Origin: Planctomycetota bacterium | GTDB lineage: Bacteria; Planctomycetota; B15-G4 | Assembly (NCBI GenBank): GCA_965248575.1 | Contig: CBDFJQ010000002.1 | Coordinates: forward strand, 1,440,001 to 1,504,000 | Length of the DNA: 64,000 nucleotides | Reading direction: 5' to 3' | Part shown: piece by piece, positions 37,388-46,907 of the stretch | Position numbering within the stretch: the stretch's first letter is position 1 | Layout of the letters: every line of letters starts with the position of its first letter | Notes under the pieces: model-generated | Told to the model about the DNA's origin: nothing | The model's input: the letters and a program-made list of their open reading frames with translations, nothing else | The model's database searches: none | Program-made: the position numbers and the translations under genes

Positions 37388-39780
37388 TTTGCCGCAGCCG
37401 GCGATGGCCCCCGCTTGCAGAGCGCTACGCCCACGGCCAGGAGCGCCAACAGCTGGATCCAGCCAGCCGTGCGTCGCCCGGGAAGATCGAAGCGGAACTC
37501 GACTTCGTGTCGGCCGGCGGTCAAGGGAACCCCCAACAGGGCGTGGTCCACGGGAGAAAGGTCCCGGACCTCACCGTCTACGCGCAGCTCCCAACCGTCG
37601 TGCCAGCTCTCCACCACCACAAGCACGCCGTCCCAATCTGCCTCGACATCCAGCAGGATGTGCCCGTCCTCATCGAGCCGTGGCTGCACGGGCAGCATCT
37701 CGCCTGTCGCTGGTAGCGTGATGCCGGGGTCGCTTTCCAAGACCACCGTGGCGTGTACCGGCGCGTCGGGCCGGGAGAGCCAGGCGAGACGTTCAGGAGC
37801 CGACGGCAACAGCACCGCACCGCCACACAGGAAAGCCCTCGGCCCCGCCCCCGGCCGACGGAAGGCGGCCAGGCCTTCGTCGACACTCTCGTAGTCGTTG
37901 GGCCAGCCGCGCCGCGCAGCCATCCCCGGGTCGGCGTGCACCACCGTGCCCACTTCGAAGAGGTCGAGCAGCGCGTGGTCCAGCATCGTCTCGTTGGGGA
38001 ATGGCTCGACACTCCGCGGGTCGCGCCAATCGATGAGCCCGTCCCCCATGCACTCGAAGAGTTCGGCCTGTCGTCGCCCCAACATGGGCACGCTGCCGTG
38101 CAAGCTGCGGATGCCATGCAAGCCCGCGGCGCTGGGAGGCAAGACGCGACGCTGGCCCACCACGGCCACGCGCCCGGGCTGCTGGGCCAGCCAACTCAAG
38201 CTGGGCCGTTCGCCAAAGTGTTCGAACTGCGGAGGGAAGGGATTGAAGACCCAAGCAAGGGTCACGAGGTCCACGAAGAGCAAGAGCACCAGAGCCGGAC
38301 CCGCCCAGGACCTGCCCCGCGACGCCCACCACAAGAGCAGGCTCCCAGCTGCAATCAGCGCGGCCTGACGCGCTGCCTGGGGGCGGAGAGCGGCCAGGAA
38401 ATCGGGAGCATCCGCTTCCCCGTTCAGCGTGACCACTGTGACGAGACCCAGCAGCAGCGCAAGCAACGAAAGTCCCGGCCACCAACTCGTGGCCACGCGA
38501 CGCCGGCACAAGGCATCCAGAGCGAGCCCCGCGGCGAGCGGGACACAACCAGCCCAAAGCACCACCGCTCGTTTGGAGTTGGCCGAGCCCAGGCCTTCCA
38601 GACCCGGAACCAGATCCACGGCGAAGGGGATCGCCAGGGCGCCCAGCACCGACAGCGCCGCCGCAGCACCCAACTGTTTCGCCCGGGGGTCGACCCCGCG
38701 CCGCAACAGCAAGGGAAACAAGAGCAGCAGCGCCACCCCTGGGTAGAGCGCATCTTCCACCGGGTTGTCCTGCACATCATCGGTGAGCATCAAGCGCCGG
38801 GGCCAGTAGGCTTGCATGGACGGCGCGGGGGGGTCGGCCGTCGAGAAGTCGCTGGGTCGCCCAAAGAACTCTGGCACCGCCATGCCGATCAGGGCCGCAG
38901 GTTGGAGACCCGACTGGGCCGTGAGCGCCTTGGCGCGATCCGACGTTCGGGCCGCGACGGGGTACACCGACTGAACGGCATTCAGGAGCGGCGCAGCCAA
39001 GGCCAGGCCGAGGGCGGCGGCCAGCCCGGCAGAAAGAAACGGCACGGGTTTCCACAGACGTCGCTCCAGCACCACGAGCAACAGGAAGCCAGCGAGGTAG
39101 ATCATTCCCACCTGGGGGAAGCCCGCCAGCAGACTCAAGCCGATCCACAGCGCCCCCTCTGCGACGGCCGCCCCCCAGCGCCCCCTGCGCAACCACTCCA
39201 CGGCCACCACCAAGCCCGGCCAACAGGCTGTGGTGTAGGTGATCTGCGGAAGATGCCAGCGCGTGATCATCCATGTGGACAGGGAGAAACCGACGGCGGC
39301 GAGAGCTCCCGCGGTGCGACTCCCGTTCAACACGCGCACGGCGCGGTAGGCGCTGAAGGCCGCGAGCGCCATGTGGAACCAGAGCAGCCAGTCCAGGCTG
39401 TCCACCGGGTCCTGGCCCACGAGCCAGGCGGCGTAGGGCAGGTCGATGGGATAGGTCTGGTTCGCGCCGAGCGGGTAGCCCAAGAGCTGACGGTTGTCCC
39501 ACCACGGCGTGTTGCCTGCCGCCTCGAGTTGGGCCAGACGCATCAAGCCGGGAAGGACCAGGAAGTCGCCGTCGGATGTGATCGGGTTGATCAGCGGCCG
39601 CTCACCAGCCGAGGGTTTCAACCAGGGTGCGGGATAGCCTGGGTGCGCCTCATCGAAGGACAGCGTGGACGCGTCGCCGACGAGCGGTTCCCACAGCACG
39701 AACAGCGCGCCGACCATGCAGACGATGGCGGCCAACAGCCATTCCTTCATGTGCGGTGGCCGGGTGCCCTCTTGCGACAT
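37384..39780 (-). CDS. YfhO-like polytopic membrane protein (GT-C-type glycosyltransferase candidate)
   Basis: PWWDNRQLLGYPL, LLAGFPQ and many TM segments; C-terminal GVLVVVESWHDGWELRVDG...VDHALLGVPLTAGRHEVEFRF. Confidence 0.82.
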   Translation of the reverse strand: MSQEGTRPPHMKEWLLAAIVCMVGALFVLWEPLVGDASTLSFDEAHPGYPAPWLKPSAGERPLINPITSDGDFLVLPGLMRLAQLEAAGNTPWWDNRQLLGYPLGANQTYPIDLPYAAWLVGQDPVDSLDWLLWFHMALAAFSAYRAVRVLNGSRTAGALAAVGFSLSTWMITRWHLPQITYTTACWPGLVVAVEWLRRGRWGAAVAEGALWIGLSLLAGFPQVGMIYLAGFLLLVVLERRLWKPVPFLSAGLAAALGLALAAPLLNAVQSVYPVAARTSDRAKALTAQSGLQPAALIGMAVPEFFGRPSDFSTADPPAPSMQAYWPRRLMLTDDVQDNPVEDALYPGVALLLLFPLLLRRGVDPRAKQLGAAAALSVLGALAIPFAVDLVPGLEGLGSANSKRAVVLWAGCVPLAAGLALDALCRRRVATSWWPGLSLLALLLGLVTVVTLNGEADAPDFLAALRPQAARQAALIAAGSLLLWWASRGRSWAGPALVLLLFVDLVTLAWVFNPFPPQFEHFGERPSLSWLAQQPGRVAVVGQRRVLPPSAAGLHGIRSLHGSVPMLGRRQAELFECMGDGLIDWRDPRSVEPFPNETMLDHALLDLFEVGTVVHADPGMAARRGWPNDYESVDEGLAAFRRPGAGPRAFLCGGAVLLPSAPERLAWLSRPDAPVHATVVLESDPGITLPATGEMLPVQPRLDEDGHILLDVEADWDGVLVVVESWHDGWELRVDGEVRDLSPVDHALLGVPLTAGRHEVEFRFDLPGRRTAGWIQLLALLAVGVALCKRGPSPAAAN

Positions 39781-39827
39781 GGACGGTTCGCTCTCAACGA
39801 CCGGGGCGGCGGGCTACGCCTCGGAGG

Positions 39828-39853
39828 CGCGCAACGAGGACGCGCAACGAGGA
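39828..39853. repeat. 13-bp perfect tandem duplication in a divergent promoter region
   Basis: CGCGCAACGAGGA twice (39828-39840, 39841-39853), then partial CACG; a TGATACGGT extended -10-like element follows at 39878-39886. Confidence 0.85.
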
Positions 39854-39926
39854 CACGAAAAGACCGGATCGCGCGCATGATACGGTAGCGCGTCGCGCCA
39901 TCCACCCGGGAGAGCTCGCCCAGCCC

Positions 39927-41861
39927 ATGTCCAACCGCTCGGCGCCCGCTCCTGCCCCTGCCTCCGAGCCCTCACGGCCGCCCGAAGGCGACAAGCCTCG
40001 GGGCCTGTGGGCCAACATCTTGCGGGGAGGACGCCCACTCGCCGCACTGCTCATGGTAGCCGCTGGCATCAAGTTCCTGGTGGTTGCTGCCAGCTTGGAC
40101 GCCAACCCCCTTGCGCGCCACGCCACCAGCGACTCGCGCTACTACCTGGACCGAGCCGCAGGGATTGCCGGGCAGGCGATGGACCCCTTCGCTGCGCAGC
40201 CCTATCACCTGCCGCCCCTCTACCCTCAACTCCTGGCACGTGTCCCGGGGGCCCTGGACGGGTCCTTTGGGCCCCTCTTCCTGCTCCAGGCGCTGGCGGG
40301 CACCGCGGCACTTTTGGGGCTCTACCTGCTGGCCGTGCGACGCACCAGCCGCCCGCTCGCCCTGGCTGCCACGGGGCTGGCCCTGCTCTATGGACCCTCG
40401 ACCTTCTTCGAGGTGAAGGTCCTGGGCGACTCCTTGGCGTGCTCGCTCCTGGTCTGGGTCCTGGTCCTGGCGGATCGCCTGGCCGACGGCTTTCCGAGCC
40501 CGCGCGCCGAGCAGGCGCCCAAGCTCAGCCCAGCGCCTGGCCTCACGCTGCGCCATGCGATGGGCTTCGCCATCGGGCTCGGCCTGGGGTGTGGGACGGC
40601 CACTCTTCTGCGCCCGCAGTTGATGCTTCTGCTCCCGGTCCTGGCGGCCTGGCTTTGGCTGCGCAGACTGCGGGGCCCAGCCGTGGCCTTCGCACTCACG
40701 GCTGGCTTGGTGATGCTGCCCTCGCTCCTGCACAACCTGTCTGCGGAGGCCGGCTTCGCTCCCGTCTCCGACAATGGCGGCGTCAATCTGTGGCTCGCCA
40801 ACACGGGGCCGATGTCCGGAACCTTCCTGACTCACGACGAGGCCTTCGGCGACATCGAACGCCAGGCGCAGTCGGCACAGGCCGTGGCCGAAACCCTGGC
40901 CGGCCGCACGCTCGGTCCAGGAGAGGTGTCGAACACCCTCAGCCAGGCGGCATGGAACGCCATCTGGAGAGAACCCGGTGTGTTCCTTGAGCGCCTGGCT
41001 CTGCGAGCGCAGGCGCTGACCGAGACGTTTGAAACGGGCATCGTCTGCGTGCCCGCCATCGAGTCCCAGCTGATTGCGCCGCTGCAGGTCCTGGCCGTGC
41101 CGTTCGGCCTGTTGCTCGCCCTGACGGGAGCGAGCCTGGTGATCCTGGCCCGCGGCCGCGACCGTCGCAGCAACGCTCCAGCGGGGTCGAGCGAAGCACC
41201 TGGCTCTCCCCTCCTACCCATGCTCGCGGTGGCGGGTATCGTGCTGCTCACCACCCTGCTCTTCTTCCACTACAGCCGGTTCCGCCTGCCGCTCATCCCC
41301 CTGGCGTGCGTGGCCGTCTCCTGCGCGGCGCAGCGCCTGGGACACGTGGCCCAGCGACCGGGGCCAGGACGGATCCTGATCGCCTTGCTGGTGGGCGTTG
41401 CTCTGGCCTGGGTCTCCTGGCAAGACGGCACGCACCATGCGGACACCCGGGCCATCGGGTGGACCAGCCTCTCCGAGGCGCGCCTCGCCCTGGCCACCCC
41501 TGACACACGACAGGCCGCCCTGCAGGCCGCGGATGACGACATCACGACGGCTCTCGCCCATGCGCCGGCCCTGGTGAGAGCTCGACTCCAGGCCCACCGT
41601 GTGGCGCTGGGACTGGCACGCTTCGAGCAGGCGAACCAACACCTGGATGCGGTCGCAGCCGTCCTTCCTGAGCACCCCCAGGTGCTGCTCAACCGGGCCT
41701 GGATGCACGCCCTGCAGCACCCCGACAACCGCTTCTATAACCCGGCTGGCGCCCGCGAGCTGCTCAGGCGATTGGAGCAGACGGCGATCCTCGACCCGGA
41801 GCTCAGGGAGCACATGGGGCGACTCGACGCCTTTCTCGCCTCCATCGAGGCGCGCGGGTGA
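39927..41861 (+). CDS. ArnT/PMT-like (GT-C) membrane glycosyltransferase candidate with C-terminal TPR
   Basis: DSRYY, PPLYP, LLRP, NGGVNLWLAN and YSRFRLP motifs; many TM segments; helical TPR-like tail. Confidence 0.75.
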   Translation: MSNRSAPAPAPASEPSRPPEGDKPRGLWANILRGGRPLAALLMVAAGIKFLVVAASLDANPLARHATSDSRYYLDRAAGIAGQAMDPFAAQPYHLPPLYPQLLARVPGALDGSFGPLFLLQALAGTAALLGLYLLAVRRTSRPLALAATGLALLYGPSTFFEVKVLGDSLACSLLVWVLVLADRLADGFPSPRAEQAPKLSPAPGLTLRHAMGFAIGLGLGCGTATLLRPQLMLLLPVLAAWLWLRRLRGPAVAFALTAGLVMLPSLLHNLSAEAGFAPVSDNGGVNLWLANTGPMSGTFLTHDEAFGDIERQAQSAQAVAETLAGRTLGPGEVSNTLSQAAWNAIWREPGVFLERLALRAQALTETFETGIVCVPAIESQLIAPLQVLAVPFGLLLALTGASLVILARGRDRRSNAPAGSSEAPGSPLLPMLAVAGIVLLTTLLFFHYSRFRLPLIPLACVAVSCAAQRLGHVAQRPGPGRILIALLVGVALAWVSWQDGTHHADTRAIGWTSLSEARLALATPDTRQAALQAADDDITTALAHAPALVRARLQAHRVALGLARFEQANQHLDAVAAVLPEHPQVLLNRAWMHALQHPDNRFYNPAGARELLRRLEQTAILDPELREHMGRLDAFLASIEARG

Positions 41862-41882
41862 ACTCGGGGCCGGTGCCCGGTG

Positions 41883-44066
41883 TCAGGCGGCGCCGAGGCC
41901 GAACAACTCCCGGACCCGACGGGCGTCAGCCTCTGAAAGAGGGTCGCCCTTGAGCCAGAAGGCGACGCCTTGCGCCACGAGATCCCGGGGCTGGCTGCCG
42001 TAGCCTTCCAGGGCCCCGTCCACCCAGCCGTCCAGATCCAGGCTCGAGTCCTTCAACGCCTGCTGCAAGTCGGGCAGGAAGACCGAACCGAAGTGCACCT
42101 TCTGATCGAGTCCCAGGAGATTGCTCACCTGGGAGGCGCTGGGGGTGAGCTCGATACCCACACGCTCCAGTGTCAGGCGTTCGAAGGCCCGCCCCAGATC
42201 GTCGGCTTCCTTTTCGCAGCGCACCCGCTCCGCCTCCAACTCAGCGGGCTTGAGATCAGCCTTGGGTGTCCGACCGGGAACTTCGACGTAGATCTTGTTC
42301 TTTGGTTCGGTCCCGCTGGGGCGAATGACCAGTCGCGCATCGTTGTCGAGGGACAGCACCAACACGTTGCGCGCCGACGCGTCCGTACCCGACTTGAGCG
42401 GCCCCATGGCGCCCTCTTCGTCGGCCATGTCCTCGAAGGACACCACTTTGCGCCCGGCAACATCGGCAGGAGGGTCTGCACGCAAGCTGGCCTGGATAGC
42501 CCGGATCCGATCGAGCCCCGCCGCGCCTGTCATCACCGTGGTGAACAACTTGTTGGCCATGTAGCCGAAGCGCGCGTACAGCGCGTTCAGCTCGTCCAGC
42601 ATGGTGCGTCCCTCTGCGACCAGGACCGCGTTGAGTTCAGCCAAGACCAAGGCAGCGCCCGCCGCATCCTTGTCGCGCACCACGTGACTCAGCAAGAGCC
42701 CGTGGCTCTCCTCCACGCCCAACACGAACTTGTCGGGCTGAGCCTTGATGTCGCGCCAAGAGCCCGTCTCCTCCAGGCTCGCCAGGACTTCCGCCATGTA
42801 CTTGAAACCCACCAGCAGGTCGGGCACGACGCGACAGCCGTAGGAGCGCGCGATGGTGGTGGTGAGGCTCGACGTCACGAGCGTCTTGAGCAGGAAGGAC
42901 TGCTCCGGCAGTCGGCCAGAGTCCCGTCGCCTGTCCAACACGAAGCGTGTGACCAGAAAGACGATCTCGTCCCCCGACACGAAGCGCCAACGGCCATCCT
43001 TCTCGCGGACCTCCAGCCCGATCCTGTCAGCATCGGGGTCCGTCGCGAGGATGATGTCCGCATCGCACTGGTCAGCGATGGCCTCTGCCTGCTCGTAGCA
43101 GGTCGGCACCTCGGGGTTGGGGGCCAGGAACTTCACCGCCGGAAAGCCGCCGTCAAAGGCCTCCTGGGAAGGAACGGCCCGCACATCGAACCCCTCGGAA
43201 CGGAGCAGGCGCCCCACGGTCGAGGCCCCCGTGCCGTGCAAGGGGGTGAACACGATCCGGCCACCGCGTTGGTCCGGGGCCAGCGACAGCCGCCGGTTCA
43301 CGTTGAGATAGTGTTCGTTCTCCTCCGGGCCCAGCAGGGTGATCATCTCCTGTAGCAGCCCTTCATCGAAGGAGAGGCTCTGGACCTCCTGGATGCCCTC
43401 GACACGCCGCGCCAGGATCTCGTCAGCGGGGGGAACATCCTGCCCGCCATGGCGGTTGTAGAACTTGCCGCCATTGTCGTCCGGATGATTGTGCGAAGCG
43501 GACACGTTGAGCCCGCCGTGCGCCTTGCTGCGTCGGATCGCGAGGCTCAGCTCAGGTGTCGACATGTACTCACCACCACGCGGATCAAGCATGGACACGC
43601 GCACACGGTTGGCGCTGTAGACACCCGCCGCCAGAGCGGCAAAGTCGGCGGACGACATGCCCATCAGGGGGTTGGGCAACCCTGGGTCGTAGACGCAGCG
43701 CAAGTCGTTGTAGACGCGCACGTCGAAGGCAATCACCACGTGTACCTGCTCGCTGGGGTAACTCTCCTTCAGCGTCTCGGCGTGCCCTTGTACCGAGCTC
43801 AGCAGCGTCCAGGTGTTGAAGCGGTTCGGACCCAACCCCACCGCACCGCGCCGTCCGCCTGTCCCGAAGGGCATCACCTGCCAGAAGGCATCAAAGAGCG
43901 CCTCAAACTCTGCTCGCTCGATCTGGCGCTCCAGCTGAGGCCGCGCGGCCGCATAACGCTTGTCCGTGAGCCAGGGCTCCAGAGCGCTGAGGGCGCGCGC
44001 CCGGGCTGCCGGGTCGAAGTCGAGTTGGGAGAAGGCCTTGCGGGCCTCCTCGAGCGCTGAGCTCAC
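41883..44066 (-). CDS. Phosphoglucomutase/phosphomannomutase family protein with a C-terminal extension
   Basis: FGTGGRRG, phosphoserine loop SASHN, metal loop DPDADR, EESHG and RPSGTEPK; start GTG 44066 (GGAG upstream) or TTG 44114. Confidence 0.93.
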   Translation of the reverse strand: MSSALEEARKAFSQLDFDPAARARALSALEPWLTDKRYAAARPQLERQIERAEFEALFDAFWQVMPFGTGGRRGAVGLGPNRFNTWTLLSSVQGHAETLKESYPSEQVHVVIAFDVRVYNDLRCVYDPGLPNPLMGMSSADFAALAAGVYSANRVRVSMLDPRGGEYMSTPELSLAIRRSKAHGGLNVSASHNHPDDNGGKFYNRHGGQDVPPADEILARRVEGIQEVQSLSFDEGLLQEMITLLGPEENEHYLNVNRRLSLAPDQRGGRIVFTPLHGTGASTVGRLLRSEGFDVRAVPSQEAFDGGFPAVKFLAPNPEVPTCYEQAEAIADQCDADIILATDPDADRIGLEVREKDGRWRFVSGDEIVFLVTRFVLDRRRDSGRLPEQSFLLKTLVTSSLTTTIARSYGCRVVPDLLVGFKYMAEVLASLEETGSWRDIKAQPDKFVLGVEESHGLLLSHVVRDKDAAGAALVLAELNAVLVAEGRTMLDELNALYARFGYMANKLFTTVMTGAAGLDRIRAIQASLRADPPADVAGRKVVSFEDMADEEGAMGPLKSGTDASARNVLVLSLDNDARLVIRPSGTEPKNKIYVEVPGRTPKADLKPAELEAERVRCEKEADDLGRAFERLTLERVGIELTPSASQVSNLLGLDQKVHFGSVFLPDLQQALKDSSLDLDGWVDGALEGYGSQPRDLVAQGVAFWLKGDPLSEADARRVRELFGLGAA

Positions 44067-44192
44067 GGATGCTCTCTCCGGAGGTTCCAATCGGGTCGCC
44101 GCAGTGTGGCCCAAGGAAACCCCGATTCAAGCGAGGGCCGGGCGAAATGCGCCCTGATCTGGCCACGCTGAGCGCGGGCTGGGACCGGGGCC

Positions 44193-45113
44193 CTATCCGA
44201 ACTTGAAGAGAGCGCGCATCACGTGCATGGCGATCTCCGGATTGGCCTTCAAGCGTCGCTGCGTGTAGGCGTGCCAATCCCGACCATAGGGCACGTAGAT
44301 GCGCACCCGGTGTCCCGCGTCCCGGAGCCGCACGGCCTCGAGCTTGCGCACCCCCATCAGCAGCTGGAACTCGTAGCGCCGCGTGCTTGGCTCACCCTCG
44401 ACAAGGCCGATGGCGCGGGCCAGGTCGACGCAGCTGTCAGCCAGGGGCGTGTCATGGGTAGCGAAGCTCACCGAGGCCCCGCCGGCCAGGAGCTGTTCGG
44501 CGAGTTGCAGATAGCTCTTCGAGATGTCCTCGGGCTCAGTCCAAGCGATCTCGGCTGGTTCCAGGTAGATGCCCTTCACCAGGCGCACGTCCAACCCGTC
44601 GACATCCGCCAACAAAGCCTCCACGTCCGCCGCCGTACGAAACAGCCGCGCTTGAAGTACACAGCCCAGGTTGTCGAACCGTGACCTCACCGCCCTGAAG
44701 ACCTCGAGCGTGACATCGATGGTGGGAGCGTCCTCCATCTCGAGCCGGACGCGCCGACCCTGTTCGCTAGCCCGGCGGCACAACCCGGACAGCAGCTCGA
44801 TACACTCCTGCTTGTCGAGCGTGGCGCCCAGGTGCGTCGGCTTCACGGACACCGTTGCATCCGGATCGATGGCGGGCAACTCGTCGAGGGCGCGGCCGTA
44901 CTCGGCTGCGGCCTCCCGCGCTTCATCCATGTCGGCCACGGCTTCGCCCAACACGTCGAGAATCGCACCGAAGCCATCCGCCTTCACGAGTTCGATGCGG
45001 TGCAACGCGGCCGACAGCTCGGCACCTGCGACGTAACGCCGCGCGACAGTCCAGATGATGGGCTTCGGGATGAGCGGCAGCGAAAGACGCACCAACTGGT
45101 TCAAGATGCTCAT
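44193..45113 (-). CDS. Monofunctional proline dehydrogenase
   Basis: RRYVAG, LDVLGE, SVKPT, VRLVKGIY, FATHD, EFQLLMG and RIYVPYG...RRL motifs. Confidence 0.93.
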   Translation of the reverse strand: MSILNQLVRLSLPLIPKPIIWTVARRYVAGAELSAALHRIELVKADGFGAILDVLGEAVADMDEAREAAAEYGRALDELPAIDPDATVSVKPTHLGATLDKQECIELLSGLCRRASEQGRRVRLEMEDAPTIDVTLEVFRAVRSRFDNLGCVLQARLFRTAADVEALLADVDGLDVRLVKGIYLEPAEIAWTEPEDISKSYLQLAEQLLAGGASVSFATHDTPLADSCVDLARAIGLVEGEPSTRRYEFQLLMGVRKLEAVRLRDAGHRVRIYVPYGRDWHAYTQRRLKANPEIAMHVMRALFKFG

Positions 45114-45129
45114 GCAGCTGCCACTCGCC

Positions 45130-45891
45130 TTACTTGCCGATCTCGAGCCGCGCAGCGCAGAGATCCGGGATGTTCGGATTGTCGTAGATCTTCCGCTGCA
45201 CCGTGGCGATGTCGTAGTCGGTGCGCAGGAAGCGGATCTCGTGCCCGTCGACGATGACGCAAGATGCGCGAGGGTCGCCGTCCCGAGGCTGCCCCACCGA
45301 ACCGACGTTGACGATCGCCTTGGCGCTGCCGTCCCACTCGAAGTGGTAGTCCAGCTGGGAAGGGTCCCGGAACTGCAAGTCCTCGGTGAACACACCGGGG
45401 AAGTGCGTGTGGCCCACGAAGCACAGCCCGTCGAGGTGGTCGAAGATATCGCGCACCTTGTCGGGGATGAAGATCACGTCGGTCTTCATGATGTACTCGT
45501 GGATGGGGTCGCGCGGTGACCCATGGACCAGCAGGTACTCACCCATCTGATGTCGCGCCGGCAGGCTCTCGATGAACTTCCAGCGGGAGCGTTTCAGCGA
45601 GCTGGACAGCAGGGAGGGCTTCAGGGTGCGGCGGTTGTATTCGATGACCTGGCGAGCCACGGGATTGAAGTCCTGCGCCCCACGCAAGAGCGCTTCATCA
45701 TGGTTGCCACACAACGTCAGATCACAGTGGCGCATGACCAGATCGATGCAGTGCTCGGGGTCGGGTCCGTAGCCCACCACATCGCCGAGGCAGACCACGG
45801 ATTCCACGCCTTCCTTCTCCAACCTCGAGAGCACTGCACCGAGCGCCTCGGTGTTGGAGTGCAGGTCGGAGATGATGGCGAAGCGCGTCAT
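45130..45891 (-). CDS. Calcineurin-like metallophosphoesterase
   Basis: SDLHSN, LGDVVGYG, GNHDE, VHGSP, GHTH and NVGSVGQPRDG motifs. Confidence 0.93.
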   Translation of the reverse strand: MTRFAIISDLHSNTEALGAVLSRLEKEGVESVVCLGDVVGYGPDPEHCIDLVMRHCDLTLCGNHDEALLRGAQDFNPVARQVIEYNRRTLKPSLLSSSLKRSRWKFIESLPARHQMGEYLLVHGSPRDPIHEYIMKTDVIFIPDKVRDIFDHLDGLCFVGHTHFPGVFTEDLQFRDPSQLDYHFEWDGSAKAIVNVGSVGQPRDGDPRASCVIVDGHEIRFLRTDYDIATVQRKIYDNPNIPDLCAARLEIGK

Positions 45892-45892
45892 C

Positions 45893-46897
45893 TCAGGATC
45901 TTCCCACGATCCGGCGCAAGACGCCCACCATGTCTCTGCGGAGTTGCTCGGCTTCCTCCGCAGGCAGGGTTGTCCCCGCGGCATAGACGTGGCCACCGCC
46001 GCCAAACTGGCGAGCGACCCCGTTCATGTCGAGATTCCCCCGGGAGCGCAGGCTGACGGAGACCCGCCCATCCTCCAATTCCGTGAAGAGAGCCACGACA
46101 GAGACACCCTCTCCGGAGCGCAACACGTCGAGGATGGGGTCGGACTCGTAGCGCTCGACCCCCAGGTCCGTGATGAACTCGCGGCGGACCAGGGCCCACA
46201 CGAAGCGCCCGCCACACTCCTCATGCACGGTGCGTGCCACATGCCCCAGCACCCGCAGCAACGGCATGCTGTTGGACTGGTAGATGGAGCGGTACATGGC
46301 GGGCAAGTCGAGCCGGTGTTCGGCCAACTCTGCCACCAGCGCCATCACATCTCCGCTGGTGTTTGGGTAGCGGAACCAACCCGTGTCCGTGGACAAGGAC
46401 ACGAACACACTCTCGGCGATCTCGCGATCGATCCGCCCACCGACATGCTTGATGTAGTCGAACACCAGGCGCCCGGTGGCGGTTGCGGAGGAGTCCAGCA
46501 GGTTGAGGTCTGCGGGCCCGTCCCCTTCGCAAGGATGGTGGTCAAAGCAGACCTTGGTCCCGGTGACGTGTTCTGCCGGCTCGGTGAGTGGCCCCAGGCG
46601 TCCGAGTGATGACAGGTCGCACATGACGAAGACGTCCGCGGACTCCACCAACTCCCGGTGCTTCTGTGGGTCGTAGACCTCGTAGTTCCGGCCGAACTCC
46701 ATGAAGTCGTAGCGCGGGCTCAGGGGTTCCGAGAGCAACGCCGTGACCTTCGTACCCTGGATCTCCAAATGGCGACGGAGCGCAGCCACCGCGCCGACTG
46801 CGTCGCCATCGGCATTCTCGTGGCCCGTCACCACCACGGACTCCGCGCTGGAAAGGAGTTCCTGGAACTGATCGAAGCGCTCAGAGAGGGCATTCAT
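45893..46897 (-). CDS. nrnA: DHH/DHHA1 phosphoesterase (NrnA-like oligoribonuclease/pAp phosphatase)
   Basis: GHENADGDA, FDHH, TDTGWF, SLRS and FGGGGHVYAAG motifs. Confidence 0.9.
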   Translation of the reverse strand: MNALSERFDQFQELLSSAESVVVTGHENADGDAVGAVAALRRHLEIQGTKVTALLSEPLSPRYDFMEFGRNYEVYDPQKHRELVESADVFVMCDLSSLGRLGPLTEPAEHVTGTKVCFDHHPCEGDGPADLNLLDSSATATGRLVFDYIKHVGGRIDREIAESVFVSLSTDTGWFRYPNTSGDVMALVAELAEHRLDLPAMYRSIYQSNSMPLLRVLGHVARTVHEECGGRFVWALVRREFITDLGVERYESDPILDVLRSGEGVSVVALFTELEDGRVSVSLRSRGNLDMNGVARQFGGGGHVYAAGTTLPAEEAEQLRRDMVGVLRRIVGRS

Positions 46898-46907
46898 GCG
46901 GCGAAAA

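Noticed and set aside
37753..39888. 711-aa plus-strand ORF
   Set aside because: Antisense to the YfhO-like gene; Arg/Gln/His-rich composition typical of shadow frames.
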